A DNA stretch of 64,000 bases, taken from an uncultured Bacilli bacterium. GTDB taxonomy: Bacteria > Bacillota_I > Bacilli_A > RF39 > UBA660. The stretch covers positions 62 through 64,061 of the forward strand of contig CAKOZD010000007.1 of NCBI GenBank assembly GCA_934131175.1. The letters run 5' to 3'. The translations under genes were made by a program, and so were the position numbers. Every line of letters begins with the position of its first letter. Positions within the stretch are counted from its first letter, which is position 1. Of this stretch, positions 18,480-29,600 are shown in pieces. A model generated the notes under the pieces. It saw only the letters and a list, made by a program, of their open reading frames with translations. It had not been told where the DNA came from and searched no databases.

Positions 18480-19610
18480 ATGGCAAAAGAAAGATTACCA
18501 CTAAAAACACTAACTGGAATACCATTTAGAATTAATAAAGATATCTTAAAAGAAATAGAAGAAGAGTTAGAACTATTTTTATTAGAAGAAGAATTTATGA
18601 ATACCCGTGACTTTTCAAAAAAAGTAATGTTTAATCAAGAAATAAAAGCAAATAATACTGTAGAAGGTTATAATGATTCTGTATCTTTTATTAAAAAAGT
18701 AATTGAAAATGCATCAGAAGAACAAAATATAGAAAAGAGAAATAGAATAATAAACCTATATAATGGATATCAATATATTTTAAAAGGACAGGATATAACT
18801 GAAGAAAATGTTTTGAAACTATATAAAATATTAAGTAAAGATTTATTAGAAGAATATGATTTATCTCATATGGGAGAAAAATACAGAAAAGCACCAGTTT
18901 ACATACTAAAAGACGGAAGATTAGATGATTCCATGGATGAAGGAATTCCTTATGAAGAAATCGATGAATATATGGACTCATACTTTGAATTTATTGATAC
19001 TTTTAAAGTAGATAATTCTCAAACAGATGAATTCATTAAATCGCAAATAATGCATTTTTATTTTGTTTATATTCATCCATTTTTTGATATTAATGGAAGA
19101 AGTAGTAGAACAATAGCAATGTGGTATTTATTAAATAAAGAAGTATATCCATATATAATATTTAATAGAGGAATAAACTTTGATTCAAACTATGATAGAG
19201 TAATAGGAACTGCTAAAACAAGACTAGATATTACAGAATTTTTAAAATATATGTTAATAAGTGTAAAAAAAGAATTAGAAAAAGAATACATTATTCACAA
19301 CTTAGATTCTCAGTCAGAACGACAATGGCATACAATTGACTATCAAGCACTAAATTACTTTTTAGCACTAAACGGAGAAAAAACAGTACTTGACTATGCT
19401 ACTACATATAATAGATTAAATACTAAAAAGAACATCAAAACAATATTTGAAAATATGTTACTTCCTATGATAGAAGATGAAACATTAAAAATTACAAGAA
19501 CAACAAAAAAGAATATGTTTGATAATGTACCAAATTTAGTACTTGAATTAAACAAAGATAAAGTAAATGAAATAAATCTTGAAAAAGTAAAAAGATTAAA
19601 ATTACATTAA
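18480..19610 (+). CDS. Fic/DOC family protein (putative AMPylase)
   Basis: HPFFDINGRSSR matches the Fic motif HxFx(D/E)(G/x)NGRxxR. An N-terminal NTVEG-type helix is also present. Confidence 0.85.
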   Translation: MAKERLPLKTLTGIPFRINKDILKEIEEELELFLLEEEFMNTRDFSKKVMFNQEIKANNTVEGYNDSVSFIKKVIENASEEQNIEKRNRIINLYNGYQYILKGQDITEENVLKLYKILSKDLLEEYDLSHMGEKYRKAPVYILKDGRLDDSMDEGIPYEEIDEYMDSYFEFIDTFKVDNSQTDEFIKSQIMHFYFVYIHPFFDINGRSSRTIAMWYLLNKEVYPYIIFNRGINFDSNYDRVIGTAKTRLDITEFLKYMLISVKKELEKEYIIHNLDSQSERQWHTIDYQALNYFLALNGEKTVLDYATTYNRLNTKKNIKTIFENMLLPMIEDETLKITRTTKKNMFDNVPNLVLELNKDKVNEINLEKVKRLKLH

Positions 19611-19705
19611 TAATTTACATATAACTGTAAATAAAAAATATAATATTATAAAAAGTATCATAACTTATGATAAAATTATATCTGTATGAAGAAAGGATGA
19701 AATAT

Positions 19706-20275
19706 ATGGCAGGTTTACCAATATTTGTTAAATATATAATTGTATTTTTTGTATCAATGGTTCCAATAGTAGAACTAAGAGGAGCAATTCCTATTGCAGA
19801 GAGTTTAGGGCTTAATATATTTATGTATTATCCAATTGCTATCATAGGAAATCTATTACCAGTTCCAATTATATATTTATTTGCAAGAAAAGTACTTGAA
19901 TGGGGTAAAGATAAAAAACTAACTAAGAAGTTCTTTACATGGTGTATAGAAAAAGGGGATAAAGGTGGAGAAAAACTTAGAAAGTCTGCAGGTAATAGTG
20001 GAATCTTTATAGCACTCCTTTTATTTGTAGGAATACCACTACCAGGTACAGGAGCATGGACAGGAACTCTAGCAGCAAGCTTTTTAAAATTAGATTTTAA
20101 AACTAGTATTTTAGCAGTATCACTAGGTGTTGTACTTGCAGGAATAATTATGTCTTTAGGTAGTAAAATAGTTTCAACACTAGGTTGGCTAGGAGTTGGA
20201 ATATTAGTAGCAGTTATTCTTTTAATTGCAGTAATAACAATAATTTTAAATAAAAAGAAAGAAAAAAATAAATAA
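19706..20275 (+). CDS. small multidrug-export-like membrane protein (COG2426-like)
   Basis: ATG 19706 is 8 nt after AAAGGA. The VELRGAIPIA motif and 4-5 TM helices support the call. Confidence 0.6.
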   Translation: MAGLPIFVKYIIVFFVSMVPIVELRGAIPIAESLGLNIFMYYPIAIIGNLLPVPIIYLFARKVLEWGKDKKLTKKFFTWCIEKGDKGGEKLRKSAGNSGIFIALLLFVGIPLPGTGAWTGTLAASFLKLDFKTSILAVSLGVVLAGIIMSLGSKIVSTLGWLGVGILVAVILLIAVITIILNKKKEKNK

Positions 20276-20308
20276 AAAAATATATCTATTATAAAGATAT
20301 ATTTTTTA
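20274..20308. terminator. bidirectional terminator between convergent genes
   Basis: AAAAAATATATCT-ATTATAA-AGATATATTTTTT hairpin flanked by A and T runs. Confidence 0.75.
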
Positions 20309-22180
20309 TTGCTTTTTAGGATTATTAAAAATAGATTCAACACTACTATCAATATTTTCTCCAAGCATTTTATTTAACTCATCAGTACTATGGTAAGAAT
20401 CTTTATCATTAAAAATTTTCGTATCATTAAAAGAAAAATCATCATTTTTATGTATTTGATTATTTCTTAAATAACCAACATATTCATAAATTAATTCAAA
20501 ATATTGCTCTCTATCTAGTTTTAATACTTCTTGATAATCTAAAAGTTCTTTTCCATCTGCTTTTCTAATAGAATTAATTTTACTAACAAGAATAGCAGTA
20601 TCAGTTTCTAATTGTAATTTTCTCTTTTCCTCTTCATCATAAGATAAATACTCATCAATTAGCATATTATTTTCTATATATTTCGGATGATTATTATTGA
20701 TACTAATTAACCATGTTTCATTATACAATTTTTTTAATTCATCCATTGACATTAACAACAACATAACTTTAAGTTTCTCATTATATTTAGGATTATTATT
20801 TATAATAAAATCAACCATTCTATCTTTCTTTGCATTATCTAATGATTCTTTTAATTCTTCATCAGTTAAAGTATAATTTTCTAATATTGACTCTTCAGTA
20901 ATAATAGAATGATTTTCTTTTAAATAGTTACATCTCTTTCTTATTTCCTCGATACATTCAGAAAACATCCTATTGTTAAAACAATTTTTATACTTCAAAT
21001 ATATTTTATGATATAATCTGATGTCTTTATTATCCTTAGAAATATTAGAATATAATTCTTCTTCCATCTTATATTTACTTTCCAACTCATCTAACTCATC
21101 GTAAGATAAGTCAAACAATTCTTCTAATGAAATATCTTTTGCAGAATAATTTTTTATAAGATTTAATAATTCCATACACTTAAATATAATATTTAGAGCC
21201 TTATCAATATGCATACCAATATTAGAAAATATTTTTTTACTTTTATTTGCTTGATATATTTTAAAAACTTCACTTACATTAGGTTTACTTTTACATAGTA
21301 AGTAACAATTTTTTAATACATCAGAATATTTTAATTGAGTAATTTTCTCGTCCATAGGTAAATCAGGATTAAAAAGTCTAATTGGTATTTCTTTATAAAC
21401 TATTGATTGAAGATTAACAATAACCATCAAATTATCTTTTAGTTCATAAGTTTTACTAAATTTAACTTTTTTATCTCTTAAAACTGACATTGTATTTTCA
21501 CAGGAAGATATGATTTTCTCACTCGTTTTAGAGTCTTTTATAGAAGAACTATGTAATACTCTTAAATCTCCTAAATTATAATTTTTAATTATATAATTAT
21601 TAATATTATTATATCTTCGTATTTCATTTAAATACATATCGTTATTTATATTTAGAAAATCATCTTTTTCACTCTCTGAAATGCTTGGTGTTAAATAATT
21701 AAAAATAGTATTTAAATTCTTCTCTGCGCTAGAAAAAATACTCTCTAATTTTTCTTTATCAGAAACAATACATGTTACTAAAAAATTCCATGTTTCATTA
21801 TTATTCGCAGCTAAAACTTTTCTATAATCTAAAAAAGCATTCAACATAGTATTCAAAGAATCAGTAAGACTGCCAAACTTTCTTTCCATCTCTTTTTTAT
21901 ATATATTAATCTTTCTTTGTTTTTCGAAAAAAGAGTCATTTGAATTATTAATTAATTTTCTTCTGTATTTTAAAGGAATATTATTTTTGAAAGAATTTAC
22001 ATATTTTTCAATATATCTTTCTTTATTTTTATATATTTCTACTGCATAGTTATACATTTTATTGTATATTTCAAGATTATCAGTATTTTTAGAAAAATCC
22101 TCATAAGATAAATTGAATCTTTCAGTTTTAATTAATTCGTTATATAGTTTTAGAATTTCTTCTTCATTATTTATATCCAT
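20306..22180 (-). CDS. large helical hypothetical protein (orphan, opposite strand)
   Basis: 624 aa with a GGAGAAG RBS. I recognised no motif. Confidence 0.7.
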   Translation of the reverse strand: MDINNEEEILKLYNELIKTERFNLSYEDFSKNTDNLEIYNKMYNYAVEIYKNKERYIEKYVNSFKNNIPLKYRRKLINNSNDSFFEKQRKINIYKKEMERKFGSLTDSLNTMLNAFLDYRKVLAANNNETWNFLVTCIVSDKEKLESIFSSAEKNLNTIFNYLTPSISESEKDDFLNINNDMYLNEIRRYNNINNYIIKNYNLGDLRVLHSSSIKDSKTSEKIISSCENTMSVLRDKKVKFSKTYELKDNLMVIVNLQSIVYKEIPIRLFNPDLPMDEKITQLKYSDVLKNCYLLCKSKPNVSEVFKIYQANKSKKIFSNIGMHIDKALNIIFKCMELLNLIKNYSAKDISLEELFDLSYDELDELESKYKMEEELYSNISKDNKDIRLYHKIYLKYKNCFNNRMFSECIEEIRKRCNYLKENHSIITEESILENYTLTDEELKESLDNAKKDRMVDFIINNNPKYNEKLKVMLLLMSMDELKKLYNETWLISINNNHPKYIENNMLIDEYLSYDEEEKRKLQLETDTAILVSKINSIRKADGKELLDYQEVLKLDREQYFELIYEYVGYLRNNQIHKNDDFSFNDTKIFNDKDSYHSTDELNKMLGENIDSSVESIFNNPKKQ

Positions 22181-22294
22181 AACTTCTCCTATCTTTAATA
22201 ATTATAACATAAAATATTTATATATTTTTAAAGTTAATGTAGAAATATAGCTAACTATAATGTATAATATGTTGGAAAAACGGAGACATACTAT

Positions 22295-22981
22295 ATGAAA
22301 AATAAAGGAATAAATGAAAATACAAGAGATGAACTTTTTAAATATAAACACAAATTATGTTTAAAAACAGATAAGAATCTTTCTATATTATTTGCAATTG
22401 ATAATTACACATTAAAAAAAGAAGGAATATTACAAAGACCTATAAATAAGATTAATGAAATTGCTTTTAAAATAAAGACAGATAATATCACATATAACCC
22501 TGATACTAAAATGTATGAATATAAAGAAGAAAAAACAGAGACATATCATTTTGATACTATTTCAAGATATATATTTGAAAATGATGAAATAAAAGATGAG
22601 TTAGAATCAACAAAAAGATATCGTAAATGTCACACAAGATCAATAGATTTAGCACTAGCTTTAAAAGACGCTAGAGTAGTAACTGGATTTGCTGAATTAA
22701 ATGGTGTAGAGTTTCTTCATTCCGTAGTAGAAATTATATTAGACAGTAAAACATTTTATCTTGATTGGACAAGAAATATAATGATGCAGCAAGATGAATA
22801 TAAAAGACTTTTTAGATATAGAGAAATGTCTAAAGTAGATGCTAAAAATATTATATCTGACATGGAATACATCAAAGGACTTAACTTAAATATAGAAGAA
22901 TACTTATTATTTAGAGATGAATTAATGAAAGATATAGAAAAAAATAAAAGTGCATTTCAAAAAGTAAAAGTAAATTTATAA
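22295..22981 (+). CDS. hypothetical protein with transglutaminase-like Cys-His-Asp signature
   Basis: RKCHTRSIDLALALKDARVVTGF...LHSVVEI...YLDWT matches the C...ARxVxG...HxWxE...D pattern. Confidence 0.6.
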   Translation: MKNKGINENTRDELFKYKHKLCLKTDKNLSILFAIDNYTLKKEGILQRPINKINEIAFKIKTDNITYNPDTKMYEYKEEKTETYHFDTISRYIFENDEIKDELESTKRYRKCHTRSIDLALALKDARVVTGFAELNGVEFLHSVVEIILDSKTFYLDWTRNIMMQQDEYKRLFRYREMSKVDAKNIISDMEYIKGLNLNIEEYLLFRDELMKDIEKNKSAFQKVKVNL

Positions 22982-23028
22982 TTACTTATGATATAATTTA
23001 CTATATAATAAAATAAGAGGTAGTAAAT

Positions 23029-23664
23029 ATGAAGAAGTTTTATAATGATTATTTAGAAAAAAATCATAAATTTGATAGATGGACAATGGTTGGAATACTA
23101 GCACTTTTAATAGTAATTGCTGGTTGTTTTGGATGGCTATATGAATTTATTTTTTATTTCTTTAATGGAGGAATGAAAACATTTTATTGGAGAGGAGGAA
23201 ACTTTCTTCCTTGGATTAACATATATGCAACAGGTTCTGTTATGATATATTATCTAACATATAAACATAGAAAAAAGCCCTGGAAAGTATTTTTAATGAG
23301 TTTCTTATCAACTGGTATTTTGGAATATTTTTCAGGTCTTGGAATGCTTCTAATTACCCATAAAAGATGTTGGGATTACAATAAGGAAATATTAAACTTT
23401 GGAAATATTGGAGGATTTGTTTGTCTAAGAAGTGTTATGTTTTTTGGATTATCTGCACTTTTACTTATGTATGTAATAATTCCACTTCTTTTCTTTCTGG
23501 CAAAAAAACTAAATAAAAAAGTATTTCTTACAATAAGCATTACACTTTGTTCAATAATTTTATTTGATGAATTTTATAATTTACTATTCGCAAGAATCTT
23601 AAATTTACCAAGAGCATATGATGTATATTCTAAATTAGGAATACCATATGTAAAGTTTAAGTAG
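23029..23664 (+). CDS. polytopic membrane protein (ABC-transporter type IV / DUF1113-like)
   Basis: 211 aa, about 5 TM helices, GWLYEFIFYFF motif. Confidence 0.55.
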   Translation: MKKFYNDYLEKNHKFDRWTMVGILALLIVIAGCFGWLYEFIFYFFNGGMKTFYWRGGNFLPWINIYATGSVMIYYLTYKHRKKPWKVFLMSFLSTGILEYFSGLGMLLITHKRCWDYNKEILNFGNIGGFVCLRSVMFFGLSALLLMYVIIPLLFFLAKKLNKKVFLTISITLCSIILFDEFYNLLFARILNLPRAYDVYSKLGIPYVKFK

Positions 23665-23673
23665 GAGTGTTAT

Positions 23674-24366
23674 ATGAACTTAAAAGATAAATTAATAGAG
23701 TTAAGAAATAAATTAACAAAAAAAGATGAAATAAAAGAAATAGACTCACAAGAAGAAATCATAGATGAAGAGAAAAAAATTGATCCAAAAGAATTTATTA
23801 AAGGCTTTGTAAATCAATCAGATTTAACAGAAGAGCAATTTGAATTTTTAAAAGATTTGTATTTGCAAGATAAAAAAATAATAGGGCTTCATAATACTCA
23901 TTATGATGATGTGAATTCTTTCTTTAAAAATGGTCTTACAAATAACACCGGTTATTTAGGAGAAAAATCAACGTCTCTTACAAATACTGTCTATCCAAGT
24001 ACTCAATTTTTTCCATTACTTACTTATCATCATCCAAGGTATACAACAATTATTCTTTTATTAAATGAAGATATTATAGAAGGAAAAGAAGGAATATTTA
24101 AAGATTTAGATAATGAATATTATGGAATACCAAAAGAATATATAGTAGGTGCATTTCAAAATGGAAAAATATATAAAAATCCAAACTTTAGAGAAAACTA
24201 TAAAGACCCATCAGCCTTAAAAACAACAGATAAAGGAAGTTATTTAATAAGAACAAAAGAAGAAAAAGAAGATGAAGTAAAATTTTGTTCAGACATATTT
24301 TATATGAATAAAGACTTAGAAAGATTAAATAAGCAAGAAGAAACTATAGAAGTCCCAAAAAAATAA
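23674..24366 (+). CDS. hypothetical protein
   Basis: AGGAG RBS, 230 aa, no motif recognised. Confidence 0.65.
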   Translation: MNLKDKLIELRNKLTKKDEIKEIDSQEEIIDEEKKIDPKEFIKGFVNQSDLTEEQFEFLKDLYLQDKKIIGLHNTHYDDVNSFFKNGLTNNTGYLGEKSTSLTNTVYPSTQFFPLLTYHHPRYTTIILLLNEDIIEGKEGIFKDLDNEYYGIPKEYIVGAFQNGKIYKNPNFRENYKDPSALKTTDKGSYLIRTKEEKEDEVKFCSDIFYMNKDLERLNKQEETIEVPKK

Positions 24367-24395
24367 AGAAATCATAACTATAAAAAGAGGAAGAT

Positions 24396-25199
24396 ATGCA
24401 AGAAAATATTAAAATAATATTCTTTGATATAGATAAAACATTAACTAAAGATAATGAAATTATTTCAAAAAGGACAAAAGAATACTTTGAAAAATTAAAT
24501 AAAAACAAATATTTAATTCTAGTAACAGGAAGAACAAACATATATGCAATTAAAAAAAGTATTGCATCATCTGCAAGTAATATTGTAATTTCTGATAATG
24601 GAGCTCTTATATATGATTATAATAAAAATAAAATATTATATAGTTCATTTATAAAAGAAGAAGATATATTAAAAATATGGCACTTATCTAACAAATATAA
24701 TATAGGTATAGTCCTTAATACTATAAATAAAAGATATCGAAATAATAATTCAATAAATGAAGGATATTTTGATTACGATAATTTAGAAATAACTGATATA
24801 AATAAATTAACTAGTAAAATATCTCAAATAGTTCTATTTTTAAATGATAAAAAAGATTATAATACTATCTTAAAAGAACTACAAAAACTAAATAATATTC
24901 AAGTTTCTAATACAGGTAAAGAACTTGATGAAAGGTACTTTATAGATATAAATAATAAAGAAACTTCTAAAGGAGTAGCAATTAAACATTTATATAAAAT
25001 TTTAAATATTAATAAAAATAACACAATGTCATTTGGAGATTCAATGAATGATTTATCTATGTTTTTAGAAACTAATATAAAAGTTGCTATGAAAAATGCT
25101 GATGCCAATTTAAAAGAAATCGCAACATACATAACAGATTATGATAATAATGAAGATGGAGTTATTAAATTTTTAGAAAAATATTTCAAAAAAAAGTAG
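24396..25199 (+). CDS. HAD-superfamily hydrolase, Cof-type (subfamily IIB)
   Basis: FFDIDKTL motif I and GDSMNDLSMF motif IV. Confidence 0.85.
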   Translation: MQENIKIIFFDIDKTLTKDNEIISKRTKEYFEKLNKNKYLILVTGRTNIYAIKKSIASSASNIVISDNGALIYDYNKNKILYSSFIKEEDILKIWHLSNKYNIGIVLNTINKRYRNNNSINEGYFDYDNLEITDINKLTSKISQIVLFLNDKKDYNTILKELQKLNNIQVSNTGKELDERYFIDINNKETSKGVAIKHLYKILNINKNNTMSFGDSMNDLSMFLETNIKVAMKNADANLKEIATYITDYDNNEDGVIKFLEKYFKKK

Positions 25200-25228
25200 G
25201 TATTCTGAATTTAAAAATACTTACTTTT
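25192..25228. terminator. bidirectional terminator between convergent genes
   Basis: 13-bp stem AAAAGTAGGTATT/AATACTTACTTTT with one G-U pair. Confidence 0.65.
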
Positions 25229-25234
25229 ACTTTG

Positions 25235-25780
25235 TCATTTCATAAAAATTGTATTAAAAAGTTTCTTAGAATATATATTAATATCATCTAAACTATAATT
25301 AAGTTCATCTCTAAAATATTTTATATATAAATTAATAAGACCATCAACAAATACAGATATATTTAATTCTAGATATTCGTCATTATTTTTATTTTTTAAA
25401 ATATCATTTAATTTCTTATTAGCTATTTTATTTAATCTTTCCATAAATATCATAGGATCATTAGATTTTAATATAGCTTGGTATAAATTACAATTTGCTT
25501 TTAAAAATATATTTATATTATCAATAAAATCATCAACATCATTTAAAGAAGTAATATCATCATTAAAAAGATCAAGTGCTTCATCTTGGAACTCTTTAGC
25601 AATATCATATATATTACTATAATGAGAATAGAAGGTTCCACGATTTATATCAATATTATTAACAAGTTCAGTAACTGTTATTTTAGACAGTTCTTTTTTT
25701 TCACTTATCATATTAGCAAACTCACTACGAATTAAATTTTTAGTTTTAATAGATGAACGATTTAATCCTTTTACTCTCAT
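25235..25780 (-). CDS. TetR-family transcriptional regulator
   Basis: ATG 25780 follows a GAGGTG RBS. The N-terminal helix-turn-helix ITVTELVNNIDINRGTFYSHY is TetR-like. Confidence 0.8.
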   Translation of the reverse strand: MRVKGLNRSSIKTKNLIRSEFANMISEKKELSKITVTELVNNIDINRGTFYSHYSNIYDIAKEFQDEALDLFNDDITSLNDVDDFIDNINIFLKANCNLYQAILKSNDPMIFMERLNKIANKKLNDILKNKNNDEYLELNISVFVDGLINLYIKYFRDELNYSLDDINIYSKKLFNTIFMK

Positions 25781-25852
25781 ATATTTCACCTCTGGACTTA
25801 TTATATAATATCTCACTATTATTGCAAAACTAATTTTAACAAATAAATAAAA

Positions 25853-25872
25853 ACTGTTGAAATTTTAACAGT
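25853..25872. promoter_or_regulatory. candidate TetR operator in the divergent TetR/ABC intergenic region
   Basis: ACTGTTGAAA|TTTTAACAGT is a 20-bp near-palindrome with one symmetric mismatch. It overlaps a TTGAAA -35-like hexamer. Confidence 0.55.
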
Positions 25873-25950
25873 ATACATATTGATGTTGTTCTAATTAGTT
25901 CTTTAATATTATAGAATTAACAATGAATTTTGTATTAAGGAGGAGTAAAA

Positions 25951-26652
25951 ATGTCATACATAGAATTTAGTAAAGTAACAAAAGAATACAAAACGGGAGA
26001 TGTAACAATAAAAGCCCTAAATAATGCAAGTTTTAATATAGAAAAAGGAGAACTTGTAGTTATTGTAGGACCAAGCGGTGCTGGAAAAACAACTGCTCTA
26101 AATATTTTAGGTGGAATGGATTCTGTAACTCATGGAACTGTTTTAATAGATAATGAAAACATAAGTAATTATAAAAGGCAAGAGTTAACAGAATACCGTC
26201 GTGATGATATTGGTTTCGTTTTTCAATTTTACAATCTAGTCCAAAACTTAACAGCTAAAGAAAATGTAGAACTAGCTGTACAAATATCAAAAAATCCATT
26301 AGATGTTGATAAAGTACTAGATAGTGTCGGACTAAAAGAAAGAAAAAATAACTTTCCATCACAACTATCGGGTGGAGAACAACAACGTGTCGCAATCGCA
26401 AGAGCAATAGCTAAAAATCCAAAAATTCTTTTATGTGATGAGCCAACAGGAGCTCTTGACTATAAAACAGGAAAACAAATACTAAAATTACTTCAAGACA
26501 CATGTCGAAAAGAAAAAATGACTGTAATAATAATCACTCATAATGCCGCAATCGCTCCCATGGCCGATAAGATAATACATTTTAAGAATGGAACGGCAGA
26601 ATCAATTAAAATAAATGAAAATCCAACCCCAGTAGAAGAAATAGAGTGGTAG
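25951..26652 (+). CDS. ABC transporter ATP-binding protein (MacB/FtsE-like)
   Basis: Walker [10 protein letters not shown], signature LSGGEQQR, Walker B LLCDEPT. Confidence 0.9.
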   Translation: MSYIEFSKVTKEYKTGDVTIKALNNASFNIEKGELVVIVGPSGAGKTTALNILGGMDSVTHGTVLIDNENISNYKRQELTEYRRDDIGFVFQFYNLVQNLTAKENVELAVQISKNPLDVDKVLDSVGLKERKNNFPSQLSGGEQQRVAIARAIAKNPKILLCDEPTGALDYKTGKQILKLLQDTCRKEKMTVIIITHNAAIAPMADKIIHFKNGTAESIKINENPTPVEEIEW

Positions 26653-26661
26653 GTGTTAGTT

Positions 26662-29600
26662 ATGAAAAATAAAACATTAAATAAAGATATTAAAAAATCA
26701 ATAACTAACTCATTCGGCAGATTTATATCAATAATGCTCTTAATGGCACTTGGATCATTTGCTCTTATCGGTCTCTCAGTATCAGGACCTGACATGCGAA
26801 AAACAGGAACCAATTATTTTAATAAATATAATACAGCAGACATTACAATAATGAGTGACTATGGAATTACAACAACAGAGATGAATTCAATAAAAAAAGT
26901 AAGCAATTTAAGAGAGATAGAATACATTTACTTAAAAGATGTAACTTTAAAAAACAGTACTAAAAGTTATAGAATATTTTCAAATACAGAAAATATCTCA
27001 ACATACGAACTTGTTAAAGGAAAAATTCCAACAAAAGAAAATGAAATTGCGCTAGATACATCTAATGAATCAAAATATAAAATTGGAGATACTATATCAT
27101 TCATTGAAAAAGAAAATGAATATGGAGAAAAAGTATTAAAAAGAACAACTTTCAAAATAACAGGTTTTATTAAATCAACTGAAATACTATCAACTCTAAA
27201 TCGTGGTCAAACAACAACAGGAACAGGTTCACTAGATTGCTACGCAGTAGTTGATAAAAAGGCTTTCTCGTCAAGTGTATATATGATGGCTAAATTAAAT
27301 TTTAAAGATACTAAAAATATAGACCCATACACATCAAGATATAATAAAAAAATAATAAAGCATAAAAAAGAGTTAGAAAATATTCTAGAAGATAACAAAT
27401 CCATTAGATTTGATTTAATAAAAAGTGAATATAAAGAAAAACTAGATTCTGCTAATAATAAGTTAATTGACGCAAGAAAAGAACTTGAAAGTGCTAAAAA
27501 TTTATTAGAAACTGCAAAAAATAAAATAGATAAAGCAAAACAAGAAATTAATATTAACGAAAATAAATTAACAAATGCAAATAAAGAATTAAAAAAAGCA
27601 GAAAAAGAACTTGAAAAAAACAAATCTGATTTAAATAATAACAAAAGTAAATTACAATCATCTAAAAATCAATTAAATACAGCTCAAAATAATATTGGAC
27701 TATCAGATAAAAGATTAGAACTTGCAAAAGAACAATTAGATGAAACAGAAAAATTAATAAATGAAAAAGAAGAAGTTCTAAATGCAAAAAATCAAGAGTT
27801 AGTAAATAGTGAACAATTATTAAATGAAAATAAAAATAAATTAGAAGATTCAAAGAAAGAACTAGAAAAAAATAAAGCATCATATGAAAATGAAATCAAT
27901 GATTTAAACAGTAATATAAATGAATTAGAAAATAAATTAAAAGATAATAATCTAACTACTGCAGAAAAAAAAGAATATGAAAGTCAATTAAGTAATTTGA
28001 AAAGCAACCTAGAAACCACAAAAACTGAATATAATTCTTTTATAGAAAATGTCTATAATCCAAATACTACAGAAATTGAAAAGAATTTAAAAAGTATAGA
28101 AGAACAAGAAAAAGATATTCAAAATAACAAAATTTTAATAAATGAAAATTTAAAGGAAATAGAAAAGTCTAAACAAGAATTAAACTTAAAAAAAGAAGAT
28201 TATAATAATTCTAAAAATGAGTTAGATCTTGCAAAAGAAGAATACAATCAAAAAGTTTTAGAATATAATAATGCGCTAGAAAAAATAAAAGAAGCAGATG
28301 CTAAGATATTAGTAGCTGAAAGTACAATTAATTCTAAAAAGAGTGAGTATCAAGAAGGTGTAAAGACTCTAAATAATGCAAAGCAAGAGTTAGAAAGTAA
28401 AGAAAGCGAATACTATGAAAAATTAGAAGAATATAATGAAAAAAGAATTGATGCAGAAAAAGAAATATCAGATGGCGAAGAAAAACTAAATGAAGAACAA
28501 GAAAAATATAATAATTTGGAAAGTCCAGTATATGAAGTGGACAATAGACGAGAAACTCCAGGTGGAGAAGGATACAAGATATATGAAACTGTATCAAATA
28601 TAATTGACTCACTATCTGATATATTTCCATGGTTTATGTACTTTGTCGCAGCCTTAGTAACTCTAACTACAATGACAAGATTTGTTGATGAAGAAAGAAT
28701 AAATATGGGTACTCTAACATCTTTAGGATATAGTGATAAAGATATTATAAAGAAGTTTGTAGTCTATGGATTTATATCAGCGTCAATTGGTACAATACTA
28801 GGAGTAACTCTAGGACATATCTTAATACCATATATTGTTTATAATGCATATGGGCATGGATTTACATTCCCAAAGATAGAATTACATTTCTATTTAAAAG
28901 AGACAATACTAGCATGCATACTCTCACTGTTATGTAGTGTTTTACCAGCATATATAGTTGCAAAAAATAATTTAAAAGAAAAACCAGCAGACTTATTATT
29001 ACCAAAAGCCCCTGTAAGTGGTTCTAAAATATTATTAGAAAGAATAAAACCTATTTGGAATAGATTAAATTTTACTCATAAAGTAACTGCAAGAAACATA
29101 TTTAGATACAAAAAAAGAATGCTCATGACAATATTTGGAGTAGCAGGAGCAAGTGCTATTTTATTTACTGGTTTTTCAGTACAGAAATCTGTTTCAACAA
29201 TAAATGATAAGCAGTTTAAAGAAATAATAAAATATGATATGATTGTTGCTTTAAATGATACAAAAAATAATAGTGACTTAAATAAATTTAATAAGCTAAT
29301 AGAAAAAGACAATATTAAAAGTTATTCAAAAGTTTACTATGACGAAGCAACAAAAAAGACTGGTAAAAATAATGACAAACAAGAGATTAAAGTAATTGTT
29401 CCAGAAAATAATAATTTAAATAGTTATATTGATTTACGTAATAGAAAAACAAAAAATACTATTAATCTTTCAAGAAATGGCGTTGTAATATCAGAAAGAC
29501 TTGCTAAAGCAATGAATGTAAAAATAGGCGATAAATTTACAATAGAAGATAGTAAAGGTAATAAACACTCAATAAAAGTAACGGACATATGTGAAATGTA

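Noticed and set aside
19828-20364. 178-aa minus-strand ORF overlapping the small membrane-protein gene.
   Set aside because: It is antisense to a well-supported plus-strand gene (ELRGAIPIA motif, RBS). It also runs through the bidirectional terminator.
26538-29312. Several minus-strand ORFs inside the ABC transporter genes.
   Set aside because: They are antisense to genes with unambiguous Walker and FtsX features, and to the coiled-coil repeat region.
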